NCBI GenBank assembly: GCA_964586535.1
Contig: CAZPJJ010000001.1
Span: 1 to 49,931 of the forward strand
Direction: 5' to 3'
DNA length: 49,931 nucleotides
DNA from: an uncultured Acidobacteriota bacterium
GTDB lineage: Bacteria; Acidobacteriota; Polarisedimenticolia; J045
The translations under genes were made by a program, and so were the position numbers. Position 1 is the first letter of the stretch, and each line of letters begins with the position of its first letter. Shown here piece after piece: positions 44,362 through 49,931 of the stretch. The notes under the pieces are model-generated. The model made no database searches. It saw only the letters and a list, made by a program, of their open reading frames with translations, and was not told the DNA's origin.

Positions 44362-44392
44362 AGAAAAAGAACGGGCGGCTCGCGCCGCCCGT
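44362..44392 (-). terminator. Intrinsic terminator of the nifJ / DHOD-like operon
   Basis: On the minus strand the hairpin is ACGGGCGGC-GCGA-GCCGCCCGT (9-bp stem), followed by TCTTTTTCT. It lies 26 nt downstream of the stop at 44418. Confidence 0.75.
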
Positions 44393-44417
44393 CTTCACGA
44401 TCCCATGCGAGAAAAGA

Positions 44418-45407
44418 TCACTTGTACGAGTGCAGCATCTTGATGTAGTTCGCGCGCTCGAAGGCCGCGGGGTCGGGGCAGGATTTCTGACTCATCGAGC
44501 CGATCATCTGCTGCACCGACGTGTACTCGTTTTCTTCCATCCACGCGACGATCTCTTCTTCGACGCGCTTGAGGTGGCCCACGCCGTACTTGAGCAGCGC
44601 CGAGCAGAGGTGCACGACGTTGGCGCCGGCCATGAGCAGCTTGATGGCGTCGCGGCCGTGGTGGGCGCCGCCCGTGGCGGCGAGATCGCAGCGCACGTTG
44701 CCGTAGAGGATCGCCAGCCAGCGCAGCGCGAGGCGCGATTCATAGGGACTGGAGAGCTTGAGATTGGGGAAGACCTCGAGGTTCTCGGGGTCGATGTCGG
44801 GCTGATAGAAGCGATTGAAGAGCGCGAGGCCCTTCGCGCCCGCCTTTTCGAACGCGCGCGCGGTGTGCGCGACGGACGTGAAGTACGGGTGCATCTTGAC
44901 CGCGATCGGGATCTTCACCGAGGAGACGACCTCGCGCACGATGTCCACGTAGGTACTTTCGACTTCGCTGACCGGTTCATCGGGGTCGGTCGGCAGGAAG
45001 TACACGTTGAGCTCGATGCCGTCCGCACCGGCTTTCTCGAACTCCTTCGCGTAGCGCATCCACGAGCCCGCCTTGGAGGCGTTGAGGCTCGCAATGACGG
45101 GGATCCCGACGGCGAGCTTCGCGAGCCTGATGTGCTCGAGGTAGGCCTCGGGGCCCTTCTTGAACTCGTCGGGCTCGGGGAAGTACGAAAGCGCCTCGGC
45201 GAAGCTCTCGGCGCCGTACTCCATGTAGTGGTGGATTTCCAGCTCTTCGAAGCGAATCTGCTCCTCGAAGAGCGAGTACATCACGATCGCCGAGGCGCCC
45301 GCGTCCTCGAGCTGCTTGATCATGTCGGTCGTTTCGGAGAGCGGCGACGCGGAAGGAACGAGCGGCGTCCGCAGCGAAAGTCCCATGTAGGTGGTCGAGA
45401 GATCCAT
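44418..45407 (-). CDS. Dihydroorotate dehydrogenase-like protein (DHOD/DPD TIM-barrel family, non-canonical active site)
   Basis: DHOD-family blocks are GADGIELNVYF and LAATGGAHHGRDAIKLLMAGANVV. The usual LSCPN catalytic loop is replaced by VYFLPTDP. The gene lies 24 nt downstream of nifJ. Confidence 0.75.
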   Translation of the reverse strand: MDLSTTYMGLSLRTPLVPSASPLSETTDMIKQLEDAGASAIVMYSLFEEQIRFEELEIHHYMEYGAESFAEALSYFPEPDEFKKGPEAYLEHIRLAKLAVGIPVIASLNASKAGSWMRYAKEFEKAGADGIELNVYFLPTDPDEPVSEVESTYVDIVREVVSSVKIPIAVKMHPYFTSVAHTARAFEKAGAKGLALFNRFYQPDIDPENLEVFPNLKLSSPYESRLALRWLAILYGNVRCDLAATGGAHHGRDAIKLLMAGANVVHLCSALLKYGVGHLKRVEEEIVAWMEENEYTSVQQMIGSMSQKSCPDPAAFERANYIKMLHSYK

Positions 45408-45431
45408 GCCTGCCTCCTCGCTTCCGTTGGC

Positions 45432-48983
<3,552 letters not shown>

Positions 48984-49049
48984 GCGTGAACCTCCAGGCA
49001 CCTCGGGGAAACGCCTTGTGGCTGGGAGATACCAAACGTGACAAACCGC

Positions 49050-49079
49050 ATAGTAAGCCCGGACAGGAGCGCGCGTCAA
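49050..49079 (-). promoter_or_regulatory. Candidate sigma-70-type promoter of nifJ
   Basis: On the minus strand it reads TTGACG (49079-49074), an 18-nt spacer, then TACTAT (49055-49050). This is about 65 nt upstream of the nifJ ATG. It is a consensus match only. Confidence 0.4.
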
Positions 49080-49089
49080 CTCAAAGGCT

Positions 49090-49167
49090 ATTCGGTGGGA
49101 AGGGCGTTTCTCGGGAGTTAATTCGGTGAGAGGGCGGGTTTTCCCGCGCTGTTTCGGTGAGGTGGCG
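49090..49167. promoter_or_regulatory. Three phased direct repeats (core TTCGGTG, 31-bp spacing) upstream of the nifJ promoter
   Basis: The repeats are ATTCGGTGGGAAGGGCG (49090), ATTCGGTGAGAGGGCGG (49121) and TTTCGGTGAGGTGGCG (49152). The core starts at 49091, 49122 and 49153. Confidence 0.5.
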
Positions 49168-49360
49168 ATCCGGGCGGGGGGTCTCGTCGAGGCCTGGAGG
49201 AGGCTGGAGTGGCGCACGGCCGGGCGGGGAGGGCAGGGAGGGGAAGCGAGTCTCCGAAGAAGGAACTGGTGGCCGCGCGATTCGCTGCCGTAGATCCCGC
49301 CGCGAGAGGCGGTTGTTCGGGGGCGCGTGGATGAGGCGGATTCTCGAGAGCCACACGACG

Positions 49361-49392
49361 AAAAACGCGGGCGGTTGGGCCGCCCGCGTTTC
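49361..49392 (-). terminator. Intrinsic terminator of the OPT transporter gene
   Basis: The hairpin is CGCGGGCGG-TTGGG-CCGCCCGCG (9-bp stem, 49366-49388). On the minus strand it is followed by TTTTT (49365-49361). It lies ~50 nt downstream of the stop at 49441. Confidence 0.75.
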
Positions 49393-49440
49393 GTTTGCCG
49401 GAGCGCCGCCGGGCGAGAAGCCCGGCGTCTCGTGATCGGA

Positions 49441-49931
49441 TCACTCTTCCTTGGCGTTGCGCGCCCACAGCACGACGGTCGTGCAGAAGATGACGAGCCC
49501 GACGATCGCGGCGAACTCGCCGGGGAGTCCGTGGAAGGACTCGTCCGAACGCAGGTAGAGGATGCTCTTGCTCATGTCGAGCGCGGGGAAGAGCACCACG
49601 CCGAGGGCCGCATCGAAGACGCCCATGAGCGCGCCACCGGCGATCAAACCCGAGGCGATGAGGATGCCCTTGTCGCCGCGGGCCTTGGCGAGCGCGGTGC
49701 TCGTGCCCTTTCCTTGGCGCGAAACCAGCCACGAGAGGATGCCGCCGAGCAGCACCGGCGTGTTGAGTTCCATCGGCAGGTACATGCCGAGCGCGAAGGC
49801 GAGGCCGGGCACGCCGACGATGCGCAGGACGATCGAGAAGAGCACGCCGAGCGCGAAGAGGTACCACTGCAGCGGCTGCTCGACCGAGCCGAAGATGCCG
49901 ACGAGGATTTCCTTCATCGCCGACGCCTGCG
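49441..49931 (-). CDS. OPT-family oligopeptide transporter, C-terminal part (5' end off window)
   Basis: The frame is open to the right edge. Polytopic membrane sequence GVPGLAFALGMYLPMELNTPVLLGGILSWLV...ILIASGLIAGGALMGV is typical of OPT C-termini. Confidence 0.75.
   Translation of the reverse strand, partial: QASAMKEILVGIFGSVEQPLQWYLFALGVLFSIVLRIVGVPGLAFALGMYLPMELNTPVLLGGILSWLVSRQGKGTSTALAKARGDKGILIASGLIAGGALMGVFDAALGVVLFPALDMSKSILYLRSDESFHGLPGEFAAIVGLVIFCTTVVLWARNAKEE

Overview
This is a very GC-rich bacterial chromosomal segment: hand-counted 60-nt lines in typical genes give about 70-73% GC. The gene content is a Hanks-type Ser/Thr kinase with a TPR tail, an FHA-GAF-PP2C phosphatase, an ECF sigma/anti-sigma pair and several large secreted multidomain proteins. 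From that I infer a Myxococcota-like deltaproteobacterium; this is inference only. I can support about 36 protein genes and saw no rRNA, tRNA or CRISPR array. The core content is ordinary. It includes a radical-SAM/RNase G pair, glutathione peroxidase, an RND efflux pair, and a 7-gene TetR-HlyD-ABC-TolC-ABC-ABC2-ABC2 exporter operon. It also includes an S9 peptidase, a trans-sulfuration PLP enzyme, a nifJ (PFOR) plus DHOD-like operon, and a partial OPT transporter. The accessory or unusual content is as follows. (1) A REP-associated tyrosine transposase (RAYT) lies next to a cluster of about 50-bp palindromic REP-like elements, preceded by a roughly 260-bp polypurine, G-run-rich tract. (2) A 198-bp MITE-like element has perfect 13-bp terminal inverted repeats and a TTAG direct duplication. 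(3) An ECF sigma, a TM-less ZAS anti-sigma and an ARPP-1/DUF6569-like gene form a cluster. (4) A 1560-aa secreted protein has extracellular-nuclease-like OB/Fn3/LTD architecture but a PHP catalytic module, and is translationally coupled to a secreted EF-hand protein. (5) An orphan STAS plus FHA-GAF-PP2C pair sits beside a Hanks kinase. (6) Two low-GC patches carry orphan genes. (7) Several unusual intergenic tandem or inverted repeats and a phased triple direct repeat occur, the latter upstream of nifJ. I cannot prove a clear-cut novel system from sequence alone. The best candidates are ranked in the findings.
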